Shown one piece after another: positions 13,177-26,551 of a stretch of DNA of 64,000 bases. The position numbers were made by a program, and so were the translations under genes. Each line of letters starts with the position of its first letter. Positions within the stretch are counted from its first letter, which is position 1. This DNA comes from Eledone cirrhosa (lineage: Eukaryota): contig OZ024740.1 in the NCBI GenBank assembly GCA_964016885.1, positions 314,712,001 through 314,776,000 of the forward strand, read 5' to 3'. Below the pieces are notes generated by a model. The model saw only the letters and a list, made by a program, of their open reading frames with translations. It ran no database searches and was not told the DNA's origin.

Positions 13177-13247
13177 AGTGTCTCAATAATATGTAGTACA
13201 TCATAACCAAACTGTAAAATAACATAAAATTCAACGTATGTTGATCA

Positions 13248-13612
13248 TCTATATATATAAAACAGAGGATGTCTGTCTGTGTGTCTGTTTCCATAAAACT
13301 CGAGAAATACCCAACCGTTTTTTTTCAAACTCTACACATGTAACCCGTATGGCCCTGAAAGTGTTTTGAGCAAAAAAAAAAATTTCAAATTATTCTGACC
13401 TAGGGATCGAATTAGTGAAGTGGCCAATGTCTGTACATAATGAGGGAGTGAGAGGGGAGAGAAAGAAACTGAGAGGCGAAGTGAAGAAGTGGCTCTCTAC
13501 TCCTCCTTCTCCCCATTCGTCACAGCGATTTTCGATAGAGGGGAGAAATGTGAACGAGTTACAGAGAGAAAGAGTGAGAGTGAAAGAAAGAGACAGACTA
13601 AAAGAGGGGGAT

Positions 13613-13657
<45 letters not shown>

Positions 13658-14016
13658 CAGACGCCGTCTTTTGAGAGTTGTATGCGTCAAAGATACATGA
13701 CAGTGGAATAACTATTGCGTGTGTGTGTACGTGCGCGTGTGTGAGTGTGTGTGCGTTTGCATGCGTGAGTGTGTATGTGTGCGTGAGTGATTATAAACTC
13801 TCTCACATGGTCTGATGGAATTAACCCTTTAGCATTTACATTACTCTATATATACTATATTATTTTCATGGTAAAGGGTTTATCTCACAAAATATAAAAA
13901 TCTCATAGATTTAATATTATTTTGAGAACAATACCTTAACCCTTTAGTATTAATGTGAGTGAGTTATAAAGAGAAAGAGTGAGAGTGAAAGAACAGACAG
14001 ACTAAACGAGGGGGAT

Positions 14017-14090
<74 letters not shown>

Positions 14091-14620
14091 GCTGGAAGAG
14101 GGGAATGAAAGCTATATGTCTTGCTGTCTGCATTACGATACATATATATATACACACACACTGATCGCGTCATAATGACGTAATGCAGACAGCCAGACAT
14201 ACAGACAGATATTATAAGGGCGCAACGTTATATCTATGTATCTATCTAAAAAGAAAGACTAAGAATTATAGAGAGAGATCGCTAAATCGCCTAATGCGGT
14301 CCCTAGGGCATTGAAAATTTGAAATATTATTTGCTCAAAACACTCACAGGACCATAAGTATTACATGTGTAAAGTTTGAAAACAATCGGTTGGGTGGTTC
14401 TCAAGTTTTAGTGAGCTGACAGACAGACAGACAGACATTCTCTGTTTTAGATATATATATATATATATATAATTATATATTCGTGTACAGATATTTTTGC
14501 ATACACAATAACAAAATATAAATAAACGTATTTATTTCACGAGGCTCAATAAGGATAAATATATATCAAATATATAAGAACCCTGAGCAAATCCCGAGTA
14601 ACGCCGGGCCATTCTGCTAG
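13248..14620 (+). mobile_element. Non-autonomous Helitron-like element (composite)
   Basis: A|TCTATATATATAAAAC start. 3' hairpin CCCG-AGTAACGC-CGGG, then CTAG|T. Confidence 0.65.
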
Positions 14621-15417
14621 TCTATATATATAAAACTGAGGATGTATGTCTGTGTGCGTGTGAGTTTCAATCCCTAAAACTCAAGAACCACCCAACCAAC
14701 TGTTTTCAAACTTTACACATGTAATACTTATGTTTCAGGGAGTGTTCTGAGCAAAAAATTTTAAATTTTCAATGCCCTAGGGACCGCATTAGGCGATTTA
14801 GCGATCTCTCTCTATAATTCTTAGTCTTTCTCTTTTTAGATATATTCATACATATAACGTCGCGCCCTTATAATATCTGTCAGTATGTCTGGCTGTCTGC
14901 ATTACGTCACTTCCCTGAGGATGTGTGTGTGTGTGTGTGTGTGTGTGTCTGTGAGTTTGAATCCCTAAAACTCGAGAAGTTCCCAACCGACTTTTTTCAA
15001 ACTTTACATGTGTATTACTTATGTTTCAGGGAGTGTTATGCACATAAAAATTCAACTTTTTGATCCCCTAGGGCTCGCAGTAGTTGAAAAACCGCGTCTT
15101 TTCAGGTTTTTAGGTTTTTTTTTAGTCGTTACGTCAGACTGATTTCCTTGAAATTGTAACTATGGTATTAGTCAGTCTCTTCTTCATACCATGAGCAAAG
15201 AAAATCCAACTTTTTTATGGTCTAGGGCCCGCATCAGGTGAAAACCTGCATTTTTCCTGCTTCATCGAGGAAAATCTTAAAGATTATCCAGCCATCAGAG
15301 TATTGGGTTTATTTTCTTTACATATTGTCCACGCATGCAGTTTTTCCACGATTAGGTCTGTTGGCAGCCCGCGTTCCAAAATACCTTATCCCGTGCAACG
15401 ACGGGTACCACTGCTAG
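14621..15417 (+). mobile_element. Non-autonomous Helitron-like element, head-to-tail with the previous one
   Basis: TC start immediately after the upstream CTAG. 3' CCCGTGCAACGACGGG hairpin, then CTAG|T. Homologous to 45517-46306. Confidence 0.8.
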
Positions 15418-16799
15418 TTATAAATAATACATACGATATGAAACGTCGACTTCGACATCAAGACAATAATAACGCACACACATAATACAAATTCACAGGA
15501 GAGAAATTTATATCTTAGTTAAATACCACAAAAAAACAAAAAACAGTTAACTTATGTGAAAAAGCGGAAATATATTTATAAAGATATAATAAACAACAAA
15601 CCCCCACTGGAAATACAACTGGAATCACGTTGTTTGAAATTATAATACTTTACAATTACACCCGTCTCGCTTTGTTGGTAAAATTTGTTTTTCCTATATT
15701 TCTTGATTTATATGCTTTGAACAAATTCAACCTTCAAAATCGTTGGAGATTATTCATTTTTTATTTAATGGGTGGTAGTCGTGAGGAGTCTCTCGGATTT
15801 CTTGGTTTTGGAGGTGAATATTACAGTTGTCTCTCATCATTTAACTGAAAATCGAATAATTTCCTATGGTTCCATATTTGTTTAAAATACATCAAAGACA
15901 ATAGAAAACCTTCTCGAGTGAATTTTTGTTCGCAGCTTTTTTCAAGCAGTTTTAAAACATAAAAGCTGCAACAACTGATGGTTTTTATTGCATAAAACAA
16001 GAGACTGATTATCGACCGAGCAGACATTGGTATATCACTGGTGTAGTTCTGTGAGTCAGTTTATATAGCATTTAGATAGAAATGATGGGTGTCTCCAAAA
16101 CATCAGTGAATAATAACATTCATTTTACCATAATTAAAACATGAAATATACTTGTGGAAAACAGAATTCTCTTTGCCGTTGAAGGCATTTCCCTCCATTC
16201 ACATCACATATCTAAGTCTAAGTTTAGTCTAAGTTTAGTCTAAAGTCTATCTCAAGCCAGCAGGCTTGTCAGGCCGGTGCTTAAGTGACTGAGAGTACGC
16301 CAGTCCTTCGTAGTGTTAAACCTCCAGTTATTGTTGGTCCTCGTTTTTAGCTGAGTATACTGCAGAAACGTGAAATGAAGTGTTTTTCTCAAGAACACAA
16401 CACACAAACCAGCCAAGGAATCGAACCACGACATTATGATCGCAAGCCTAACACCCTTACCTCTAGGCCACACACCTCCACGATGCCCTTGAAAAAAGTA
16501 CGAATGTCACAAATTACCATATTTCCCTTTATAAAATGCAGGACCACACTATCCAGCTAAAAGCGTTTCATAACTATATTTCTTGTATAAAACGAAGAGA
16601 TGTAAGCATTTCATATCACTAATCTTGTGGTAAAGGAAAATTATATTATATACTTATTGAGTTTGTTTTTATTTAGTTAAACATACAGAAAAAGAAAGCA
16701 GCATTGAAAGGACTATAAATGCCATAGATGAGAGGAAAGGGAGGAGAAGAGCAAGGACTACTAGAACAAAGAATACAGAAAGGGGGAAGGGGAAAGGGT

Positions 16800-16925
16800 G
16801 ACTGACTCTACACCTAGGTCAGAGTGGTGTTTCAGCTGCACTCTGCGGACAAAATGGCAAAGGCATTTCCGCTGACAATGGCCAGCGATACACGCTGCAA
16901 CAGCCACCCAACATCGCGGGGTTCC
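16800..16925 (-). mobile_element. CRE-clade 3' fragment
   Basis: Minus strand reads EPRDVGWLLQRVSLAIVSGNAFAILS. Confidence 0.65.
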
Positions 16926-17166
16926 AATATACTATTAAATGACTTAAAAACAGGATTCATCTTTATGAATCCAATTCACATTGGCTGTTCACTCTAAAGA
17001 AATAGACCCACATTATCAAAAGCTCTACGGGATTGTGGCATTTCATTAAACACCTAGCTTTAAATTCTAATCTGTTTTACTTTTTGAGGAGAAAGAAGTT
17101 TCTCAGTCGTGCTTGATTGATTAAGTATTTCTCTGTTTTCTTAATCAGTTTATTATTATTATTATA

Positions 17167-17570
17167 GGGCGGTAGATTGGTAGAATCTGTAGAGCGGCGG
17201 GCCAAATGCTTCGTGGCATAGAATTATGGTCCTTTACGTTCTGAGTTCGAATCTCGCCGAGATTAGCTTTGTCTTTCATCCTTACGGGGTCGATAAAATA
17301 AAGTATCAGTAACGCACTGGGATAATTACTGGCCTTGTGCCAAAAGTAGAAACAATTATTATTATTATTATTATTATTATTATCGGTAGAGGGTCGGACA
17401 CCATGCTTTGCAGCATAGAGTTACGGTCCTTTACGTTCTGAGTTCAAATCCCGCCGAGGTTAACTTTGCCTTTCATCCTTACGGGGTCGATAAAATAAAG
17501 TACCAGTAATACACTGGGATAATTGCTGGCCTTGTGCCAAAAGTAGAAACAATTATTATTATTATTATTC
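17167..17570 (+). mobile_element. Tandem pair of tRNA-derived SINEs (type A)
   Basis: Pol III A/B boxes (TGGTAGAATC, GTTCGAATC), central CTTTCATCCTTACGGGGTCGATAAAAT and (ATT)n tails. The second copy sits in the tail of the first. Confidence 0.85.
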
Positions 17571-18489
17571 CTGTCTACTGAGTATCAATTTAGTTGAGTT
17601 GATATCCTGCCGAGATTAGCTTTGTTGATTTAATCGATTTTCCCTTCCCCCAAAAATGTTGGCCCTGTGCCTATAGTAAAAACCATTATAATCCCTATCA
17701 ACTGAGTATTAACTTAGTTATGAGTTTAAATCCTACCGAGGTCAATTTTGTTTTTCTTTTCTATTTGTTTTGCATTCAATTTTAATGACATCGCTAAAAT
17801 CAATAGCAGTTATTTCTGAGAAATGTTTTTACCAATGAATTAATTTATTATCAAGAAAAAAAACTTGATCAGTCTTATAAAATGGTGTGTAATATGGTGT
17901 GTTATGGTCTCATAATTGGTGTGTAATGATGTTAAAGGGCTGTTATAAATATTTATATCTAGAAAGAAATGGGTCCGTTCTGACAAGGCAAAGAGAATCT
18001 ATGCTTTATGATATGTGAAAATGGGAATGTATGTTGTCCGTGTCTTTTTTCAATGGCACTAACTGTGTAAGTGATGCAAATTGACGTAAGCAGGAATTAG
18101 AATCGCACTCATGGCATTGCTCTCCAGAACCCTAACCCTTACACCACGGTGATTACATATCTTATCTAAAGAAAGAAAAAAAATGAATTAAATGAATTAC
18201 GAAATTTGAATTAAAGTTAACTCAATCTACACCCTCGATAATTGTTTGAGAAATTTTTGAGACGAATTCAAAATTCTTGAAATTTGTTAAAAACATCTAA
18301 GGTGGTGTTATTACAACTTAAATTCTTTAGTATTAGATTTCTCCAATTAGATTTTAATATAATTTAATGAAATATTTGATCAAATCAGTTCCTTCACCTT
18401 TTTACGAGTCATGTCAATGAGGAATCAACAATTGGATGAGGCAGTAAGATGTCAGTTTATTTAGCTAAAGAACTGACGGTGTGACATTC

Positions 18490-19105
18490 AGTAATCAGTA
18501 GGTGTAGAAGCCAAACTCGCTATCTTCAATTCGGTTGGTATTCGTGGCAAACCTTACCTATGGTCATGAATCTTGGATAATGACGGAAAGAATACTATCA
18601 CGAATACAAACGGTCGAGATGGGGTTCCTCCGAGGGGTCTCCGGAATAACGTTACTCGATAGAGTGCTTAGCTTGGAGATCAGAGAGTCCCTCCAGGTAG
18701 AGCTGCTACAACTCCGAATTGAGAGATTACAGCTCCAATACTATGGCATGTGGTTAGAATTTCTCAGGAAAGAATCGCTGGACAGATTTTACAGGCAAAA
18801 ACCAACCGACAGGAGACCCAGGGGTACCCCCTGATCAAGATGGTTGGATAACATCCATGAGCTTGGCTGGTTTCCCTTGGGGATCCAGCCAGATTAGTTG
18901 GAGACGGACCTTCTTGAAGGAGTGTTTGAGGACTCTGCCCTCACAACCCTCTCAGAAATAAGTGGGCGAAGAAGAAGAAGAAGAAGAAGAAGAAGAAGAA
19001 GAAGAAGAAGAAGAAGAAGAAGAAGAAGAAGAAGAAGAAGAAGAAGAAGAAGAAGAAGAAGAAGAAGAAGAAGAAGAAGAAGAAGACGACGACGACGACG
19101 ACGAT
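18490..19105 (+). mobile_element. RTE LINE 3' fragment with (GAA)n tail
   Basis: LTYGHESW...EMGFLR...RRPRG.P, then a long GAA tract. Homologous to 49260-49830. Confidence 0.85.
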
Positions 19106-19199
19106 TCGAATTAAATTATAGATCCAACTACATATTTGAAAGGTCAATGTATGTAGACCAGTGGAGATAATGATTACAATGGTTCCACTATTAATTATT

Positions 19200-19450
19200 T
19201 ACTTGCTATAGTCATATGGTTGCATCGTCGGTGACTAAACCGGCAACCGCACCAAGCTTGTTTGGTGAGGAGGGCGATTTTTAGACGTCCTATGAAAAGC
19301 AAAACCCGATTATGGGCGGAGGAACTCAGCAGAGATAACGGTCATCCACTAGTGTGTAAAAAACAACAAAAAACAAGCGGACAGAGTGCGTTAGGCATGG
19401 TTGGCAGTCGGTATAGGAGAAAGATCACTTTGATTTCAAATCCGGTTTTA
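19200..19450 (+). mobile_element. Diverged RTE-type 5' UTR relic
   Basis: GACTAAACCGGCAACC.CACCAAG...TTGGTGAGGAGGGCGA...TAGGAGAAAGA is collinear with the head of the 38246 element. Confidence 0.6.
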
Positions 19451-19875
19451 TTTCAAAAGTTGGGTCTCCATTAGTTACCTTGGTGACAAACTTTCAAGTG
19501 GCCAATGGCTTCATCCTTGTTATAAAGGTGGATCAGCCGCGTGTAGCTCGGTAGCTAGCTTCTGAGTAATTGTTGGACGTAAATTCGGGACCCATCGACG
19601 TCACTTTTTTCCGGATGAGAATCATGGACACACAGCTTCATATATATGAGCACTGATGCAATTGTTCATTGTTTATAGCCCTCAGCAATGAGGATAGGAA
19701 AAGACCAGATCAGATAGTGGGGTACTGTATTCAAGGGGTATACTCCAATTATGTCGACTCCAGTACTTATTTTTCAAATGTGGTGCGCATTTTACCGATC
19801 TGTATTTGTTGAACCACTAGGTTACGCGACATAAACAGTAAACGTAAACGCGCACATACACACATACACACACAC

Positions 19876-19962
<87 letters not shown>

Positions 19963-20269
19963 ATATATAAATATATACTAGGTGCTTCCGCACAGCTTCC
20001 CGTCCATCAAATTTCATTTACAAGGTATTAGTCATCACTTGCCAACTTGCTAAACAGAGGGAATGAACCCGAAACACGTGATTGTGAAAAGAACTCCTTA
20101 AACACACAGTCATGCTTTTGCCTATTTACAGTCATGTCAGCTCCTATTGTATATTATGTTCAATTTTAGAGACTATTAAACACACTATCAAAGGGAACAA
20201 AAAAGGGAAATGAAAAGAGGAAAAAGAAAAAAAAAGATTAAGCAACGAAAGAAAGGGAGAGGTGGAAGG

Positions 20270-20880
20270 ACAGACACTACACCCCTAGTCTGAGTGGTAC
20301 CTCAGCTACGCCCTGCGGATGAAATGCAAAGGCATTACAGAGACACCCACAGTAACAGCTACCCCACCTAATGGGGGGAGGGGCAAAGTGGGAAATTTCC
20401 CCGGGCCCCTTACAGTGGGGGCCCCACCAGCGACGGCCGTAGGAATTTATTTGTGCCCTCAGCTGGTCTTTTTAATTTTAGGATGGTTAGATTTTTTGAA
20501 TTTAATACCTGTATGTATAACTTTTCAATTCCAATTACTTACGCCAAGCTAACTTTAATATGTAAATTTGGGGGGTTGCCGTGTACTATGATTTTTTTGT
20601 GTATGTGGGGCCTATAAAATATGAAGTGCTCCGGGGCCCCCCAAGGTGCATATCCAACCCTGTAAGCTGGCCACCGTCTTTCCGATTTTAAGGAGGAAAT
20701 CAGCAGTGCGAGGAACCAAGGACACCAGAGGTCTCGACGGAGACCGGTACAAAGCGGAAGCGGTCGGTCAGGCTCCGGTATTTGACTATCTTTCTCTCCT
20801 CTGAAATGCTGGCAGCAAAGCCCGGGTTTGTGGCCGAAGAGATAAGGCTGGAGGCGGAGAACGAGTTGCAGCACGTCACA
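20270..20880 (-). mobile_element. CRE-clade 3' fragment interrupted by a hAT-like MITE (~20370-20662)
   Basis: EERKIVKYRSLTDRFRFVPVSVETSGVLG on -. The insert is the reverse complement of the 42727-43035 family and ends in CCCTG. Confidence 0.65.
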
Positions 20881-21134
20881 TTTTGTCTCCCCATGAGAAT
20901 TTAATCATTCTGAACTCACTGCTCACATATATTCTACTGACGTCAGCACTTTCTTACACCCTTTACAGACCTTATTAGGTTGGTGAAATAGAGAGAGAAA
21001 ATATCAAACATTGAAAGTAATATAATGACCTGAGTTTAACTTATTTGATATAGAATGCTATATTGTGATAGTAAATTATCACAGTGGTGAATATGTGTGT
21101 GTAAATCACACGTAAAGGTCTTATCATAGTGCTG

Positions 21135-21174
<40 letters not shown>

Positions 21175-21418
21175 GCACACACACACGAACACACACGAAC
21201 ACACACACACACACACACACCACAATCAGATACACAGGGTGCATTCACGTGCACAGCAGGGAAAGCGGGTGTTAAATGCTGCTGCTGCTGATGATGATGG
21301 TGATGATATCTACTTTTACAGGTCTCAATATTTGGAATGCAGCCGTGTCATGGCAATGTGTTGTGAAAACAAATTCTGTTGGTCTCCGGATGCCGAACCG
21401 CCCCCGACACAACTCGGG

Positions 21419-21449
<31 letters not shown>

Positions 21450-21599
21450 CCACACACAAATATATACACATAGACAAGATATATATATATATATATGTAT
21501 ATGTATATATATATATGTATATATATGTATATATATGTATATATGTATATATATATGTATATATATATGTATATATATATGTATATATATGTATATATG

Positions 21600-21634
<35 letters not shown>

Positions 21635-21686
21635 GTATATATATATATATGTATGTATCCCTCTCTCTCTATATATATATATACAC

Positions 21687-21755
<69 letters not shown>

Positions 21756-22494
21756 AGTGCGTGTGTATGCACACACGTGTGTGTACTGCATTCCATATTC
21801 GATTAATTTTGATTAATTAAAATATTTTGGCTTACTCCATCAAGTATGCTAACGCCCAGATTAATATATATATTGATACAAGATATATGTGCGTGTGTTG
21901 GCGTATATATATATATATATATATAAACACACACACACACACGCGCACACACGTACACACATATATATACACATATATAGTAATAATAATAAATTTGAAG
22001 ACTAAAATCCAAAGAGGGCTTGATAAGGATAAATATATATCAAATATATAAGAACAATAGAGCAAATATTTATTAAAATAACAGATTAAAGTTTAAGCAA
22101 AGAATCGCTGCTTTCACCCTTAACGGGATCTTCTGAAACTAAAAAAAAATCAATCTGTGAACGCAGAAGTAAATATTTCGAAAAACGTTGCAACCGAAGG
22201 AAGACAGGAAGACGATACTTTGGTTCGTGGAAACGTTCCCTGGCAAAGAACGAAAAAAACGAAGATAATACGTCATTATTTGGAGCGGTGAAAACAATTA
22301 CACGCAAAGACAAAACCACGTTTATGGTATAAATGAAGTCGTAGACTAATATTCCATTAGGTGGTTCGTGGAGACGTTCCCTGGCAATGAACGGAAAAAG
22401 CGAAGATAATACGTCATTATGTGGAGTGCGGAAAAAAATTACACGCAAAGAGATAACCACGTTTATGGTATAACTGAAGACGTAGACTAACATT

Positions 22495-24120
22495 CTACTT
22501 AGGGACCGGACTGAACCTCTGGACCCTGATTCTTTCCACTTTACCCTGAAGGATCACAAATCCAATTTCCCGAACAACCCATCTATTCAGCTTATTAACC
22601 CTACGAAGTTCGATTTAGGTAGACTTAGTAAAAGGATTTTAGATAGAATTATACCTGAAATTAAAAGCTTGGCCCCTCTTCCACTGTGGAACAATTCTTT
22701 CGCAGTGATTGATTGGTTCAACGGCATATGCAGCAAGGAACATTGCCGTTTTATCCAATTCGACATCACTAATTACTACCCCTCTATCACTTTACCACGC
22801 CTTCTTAGAGCTATCAATTTCGCTAAAACGCTCACGGTGGTTAAGGATTTCGAAGTTGATGTCATCCTCAATGCCCGTAAGTCGGTGATTAATTTCGACG
22901 ACTTTATTTGGATTAAAAAATCTAATAGTACTCCATTCGATGTGAGTATGGCCGCCAGCGATTCTGCGGAAGTTACTGATCTTATCGGTCTTTTCCTTCT
23001 TTTCTCTATCAAGGAAGAATTCCCCAACGTGGGCGGTGGTTTGTATCGTGATGACGGTCTTTTGACCATGACAAAGTGCGGCCCACGCGCTTGCGACAGG
23101 TTCAGAAAAGAACTCACAGCCTTCTTTAACCTCTCCATACAGGTTGAGGCCAGCCTCTCGGTCATAAACTACCTCGACGTTACCCTCCATTTATCGAATG
23201 GCTTGCACTACCCGTATAGAAAGCCGAATGATACGCTTAATTACATAAGCACGCATTCTAACCATCCTGCCAGCATAACCAAGAACCTGGTAAGAAACGT
23301 TTCTTTGAGGCTTTCCCGTCTATCTACTAACGAACATATTTTCACCGACCATTCCACATATTACAATGAAGCTCTTGCTCGGAGTGGATTTGTCGATAAG
23401 GTCGCATATACCGAGTATGAGCATAGACCTAGGAACAATAGATCCCGACGCATTATATGGTATAACCCACCATATAATATGGAGGTGGCCACACCATTAG
23501 CTAAGATCTTTCTCTCCCTTATTATGAAGCATTTCCCCCCAGCACATAAATATAATAACATTTTTAATAGAAATACCATTAAAATTTCTTACTGTACAAC
23601 TCCTAACCTTGCACATAACATCACTGCTTCAAATTTACCTAGTCGTAGGAACACGTGCAACCCTGTAGCTAGTACTAACTGTAATTGTAGGAATCGGGTT
23701 GACTGCCCCCTATCCGGGAAATGCCTCTCTAGTAACATTGTCTACAAATGTAAGGTTGAGACACCCACGTCCCGTAGGGCCTACATAGGGTTAACCGCCA
23801 ATAGATTCAAGCAGCGTCTTTACATGCATACCCATTCTTTTCTTAACCCTTTAAGAAGGAATATGACGTCACTTACAGCTTATATCTGGAGTCTAAAAGA
23901 CAACCACACCCAATATAGGTTACACTGGGAGATCCTAGCTAGGGCTAGATCGTATAACGGAAATTAAAGACCATGTGACCTCTGCGCCGCTGAAGCCCTG
24001 GAAATACTCTACGCCAATGACCACATCTTAAACAAAAAATCTGAGGCAATTTCGGCTTGTAAACATAAATTGCACAAAACTTTCCTGTATTACAGCCCCA
24101 CTTTATACCCTAATGGATAG
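22495..24120 (+). pseudogene. Penelope RT + GIY-YIG endonuclease ORF with one premature stop (TAA 23965-23967)
   Basis: The frame is open upstream of the supplied ORF (TLKDHK..F.NNP..LINP), then FDITNYY, LYRDDG, IIWYNPPY, CNCR...CPL.GKCL and IVYKC...YIG. It resumes after the stop with CDLC..E...LNKKSE...CKH to TAG at 24120. Confidence 0.9.
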
Positions 24121-25033
24121 TACGAACAATACGCGGGTAATTTACGTCTTGATGTGGTAGCTAAGTATATTTTATGTTTATCATTACTTATTTGTATAGG
24201 TAAGTATATATTACCTGTATGTTTTGTGAAGATACTTATGCTTTCTCGTACGTATATTTGCTTGTATTTGTTATAGGCGTATATATTATATTATATATAC
24301 TGGTACATGTGTATATGGTTAGTGTATACATGAGTTTTGCGTTTGTGTGTGTATGCGGGTTTGTACGTATGTAGGGTGCGTGTATATGCGTACTTTGTGT
24401 TTTGGTTGACGTACGTTTAGCGAAAAGATGTGTATTTATATGTAGGTGTGTGTGTGCGCGCATTATATACGTATTTATGTGTGTATATTTATATACGTTT
24501 ATATAATTATATGTATACACGCACACACACACATGTATATATATATTTTTTTATATGTTTTATGTGTATTTGGTGTATACGTTCGTATGTGTGCGGGTAC
24601 AGGCGTTGCGTGGGTTTTTGTATGTGCGCGCGTGGTTTTGTGTACGTGCCTGTATTTGCATACCCATGGCGGGTGTTTTCGCGTATGCATGTGTATGTAC
24701 ATATATGGATGCGTGCATGTATATATTTAATTATTGTTGATTTCAATAACCTCTGTAATTTATTTACATTATTCTTAACTCTAAAGCCGAGAATCATTCG
24801 GTTTCCTAATTAGAATTTTAGTCTACAACTTCATTTATACCATAAACGTGGTTATGTCTTTGCGTGTAATTGTTCTCATCTCTCCACATAATGACGTATT
24901 ATTTTCGCTTTTTCCGTTCATTGCCAGGGAACGTCTCCACGAACCACCTAATAGAATATTAGTCTACGACTTCATTTATACCATAAACATGGTTTTGTCT
25001 TTGCGTGTAATTGTTTTCACCGCTCCAAATAAT

Positions 25034-25143
25034 TGTTTCTACTTTTGGCACAAGGCCAGCAATTATCCCAGTGTATTACTGGTACTTTATTTTATCGACC
25101 CCGTAAGGATGAAAGGCAAAGTTAATCTCGGCGGGATTTGAAC
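25034..25143 (-). mobile_element. 5'-truncated SINE type A inserted in the 3' pseudo-LTR with a 17-bp TSD
   Basis: TCACCGCTCCAAATAAT at 25017-25033 and 25144-25160. The inverted pseudo-LTR copy lacks the insert. Confidence 0.9.
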
Positions 25144-25294
25144 TCACCGCTCCAAATAATGACGTATTATCTTCGTTTTTTCCCCGTTCTTTGCCAGGGA
25201 ACGTTTCCACGAACCAAAGTATCGTCTTCCTGTCTTCCTTCGGTTGCAACGTTTTTCGAAATATTTACTTCTGCGTTCACAGATTGATTTTTTT

Positions 25295-25345
25295 AGTTTC
25301 AGAAGATCCCGTTAAGGGTGAAAGCAGCGATTCTTTGCTTAAACT
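25295..25345 (+). ncRNA. Variant hammerhead ribozyme in the Naiad pseudo-LTR (also 22090-22140 on - and ~46323-46373 on -)
   Basis: AGTTT-CAGAAGA-TCCC(GTTAA)GGGT-GAAA-GCA(9 nt)TGC-TT-AAACT, with a distal stem I extension CAGATT/AATCTG. Confidence 0.65.
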
Positions 25346-25365
25346 TTAATCTGTTATTTTAACAA

Positions 25366-25500
<135 letters not shown>

Positions 25501-25661
25501 TTGTGAAGGCTCATGGCTTAGTGGTTAGGCTGTCTGGCTCATGTGATTTTGACTCTCGGACTAGGCGGTGCGCTGTATCCTTGAGTAAGACATTATTTCA
25601 CGAGCTGGCATTGAATCAACTGAAGCATTCACGTTGGAAACGACGGAAAGTTTCAATATAT

Positions 25662-25737
<76 letters not shown>

Positions 25738-25924
25738 GAAAAAGTATGACCCCGACGGCAGAGCCCAAGCCGTTTCGACGGCTATTTCTGGACGAAATAG
25801 CCGTCGAAACGGCTTGAGCTCTGCCGTCGGAGTCATACTTTTTCCTATTTCCCACTCTACTACCCCAAGTATTGAGTACTCTGGTGCGTTATGGTCCATC
25901 TAGTTCCTTACCACAATTCCTTTG

Positions 25925-25925
<1 letters not shown>
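25738..25925. mobile_element. Fold-back PLE-terminus element, family B
   Basis: Palindrome centred on GCTATTTC-TGGAC-GAAATAGC plus a tail. Flanked by (TA)n. Confidence 0.85.
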
Positions 25926-25970
<45 letters not shown>

Positions 25971-25974
<4 letters not shown>

Positions 25975-26491
25975 GATATTAACAAATGGAAACTATATTT
26001 AAAACCATATTTATTTCATTATACATATTTCAAGGATACCAAGTTAAATTATGGTATGCCTTCATCAGACAAAATACAATATATACCAGTTTTATAAATA
26101 AACATTGACGTACCCTTTCAAAATGCGACCATTACTTTTGGAAGACATCAGGATAGTGGTTTGTTTATTTTAGTAAGTTGTTATCCTTAACACAACAACT
26201 TACTAAAATAAACAAACCACTATCCTGATGTCTTCCAAAAGTAATGGACGCATTTTGAAAGGGTACGTCAATGTTTATTTATAAAACTGGTATATATTGT
26301 ATTTTGTCTGATGAAGGCATACCATAATTTAACTTCGTATCCTTGAAATATGTATAATGAAATAAATATGGTTTTATAAATATTGTTTCCATTTGTTAAT
26401 ATCGTATATCTACTCCAAATACTTGTCGAGTGCTTTATATCAGCTATAAAAGTATTTGCTTGTTGTATCCCAACAATTTAAATAGAACTTT

Positions 26492-26494
<3 letters not shown>
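25971..26494. mobile_element. Fold-back element family D (~210-bp arms plus tail); unpaired copy at 44290-44568
   Basis: 25971-26182 is the reverse complement of ~26194-26410. CTGATGA-stem-GAAA at 26308-26348 with a weak stem I. Confidence 0.8.

Positions 26495-26547
<53 letters not shown>

Positions 26548-26551
<4 letters not shown>

Larger units (their letters stand above)
21978..25362 (+). mobile_element. Penelope-like element (Naiad-type), 5'-truncated, with inverted pseudo-LTRs, inserted in (TA)n/(CA)n
   Basis: RT + GIY-YIG ORF. 22075-22497 is the reverse complement of ~24815-25362. An HHR lies in each pseudo-LTR. Confidence 0.9.

Noticed and set aside
18898-19170. Poly-Arg/Lys/Phe ORFs (also 49712-49900) and poly-Leu/Ser ORFs at 63198-63485
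   Set aside because: These are trinucleotide tracts. The GAA ones are RTE 3' tails.
21300-21420. Possible small exon after TACTTTTACAG
   Set aside because: An acceptor-like site only, with no donor or recognisable peptide.
22495-24120. Selenocysteine recoding as reported for some Naiad elements
   Set aside because: The only in-frame stop is TAA, the Cys motifs use TGT/TGC, and there is no in-frame TGA.
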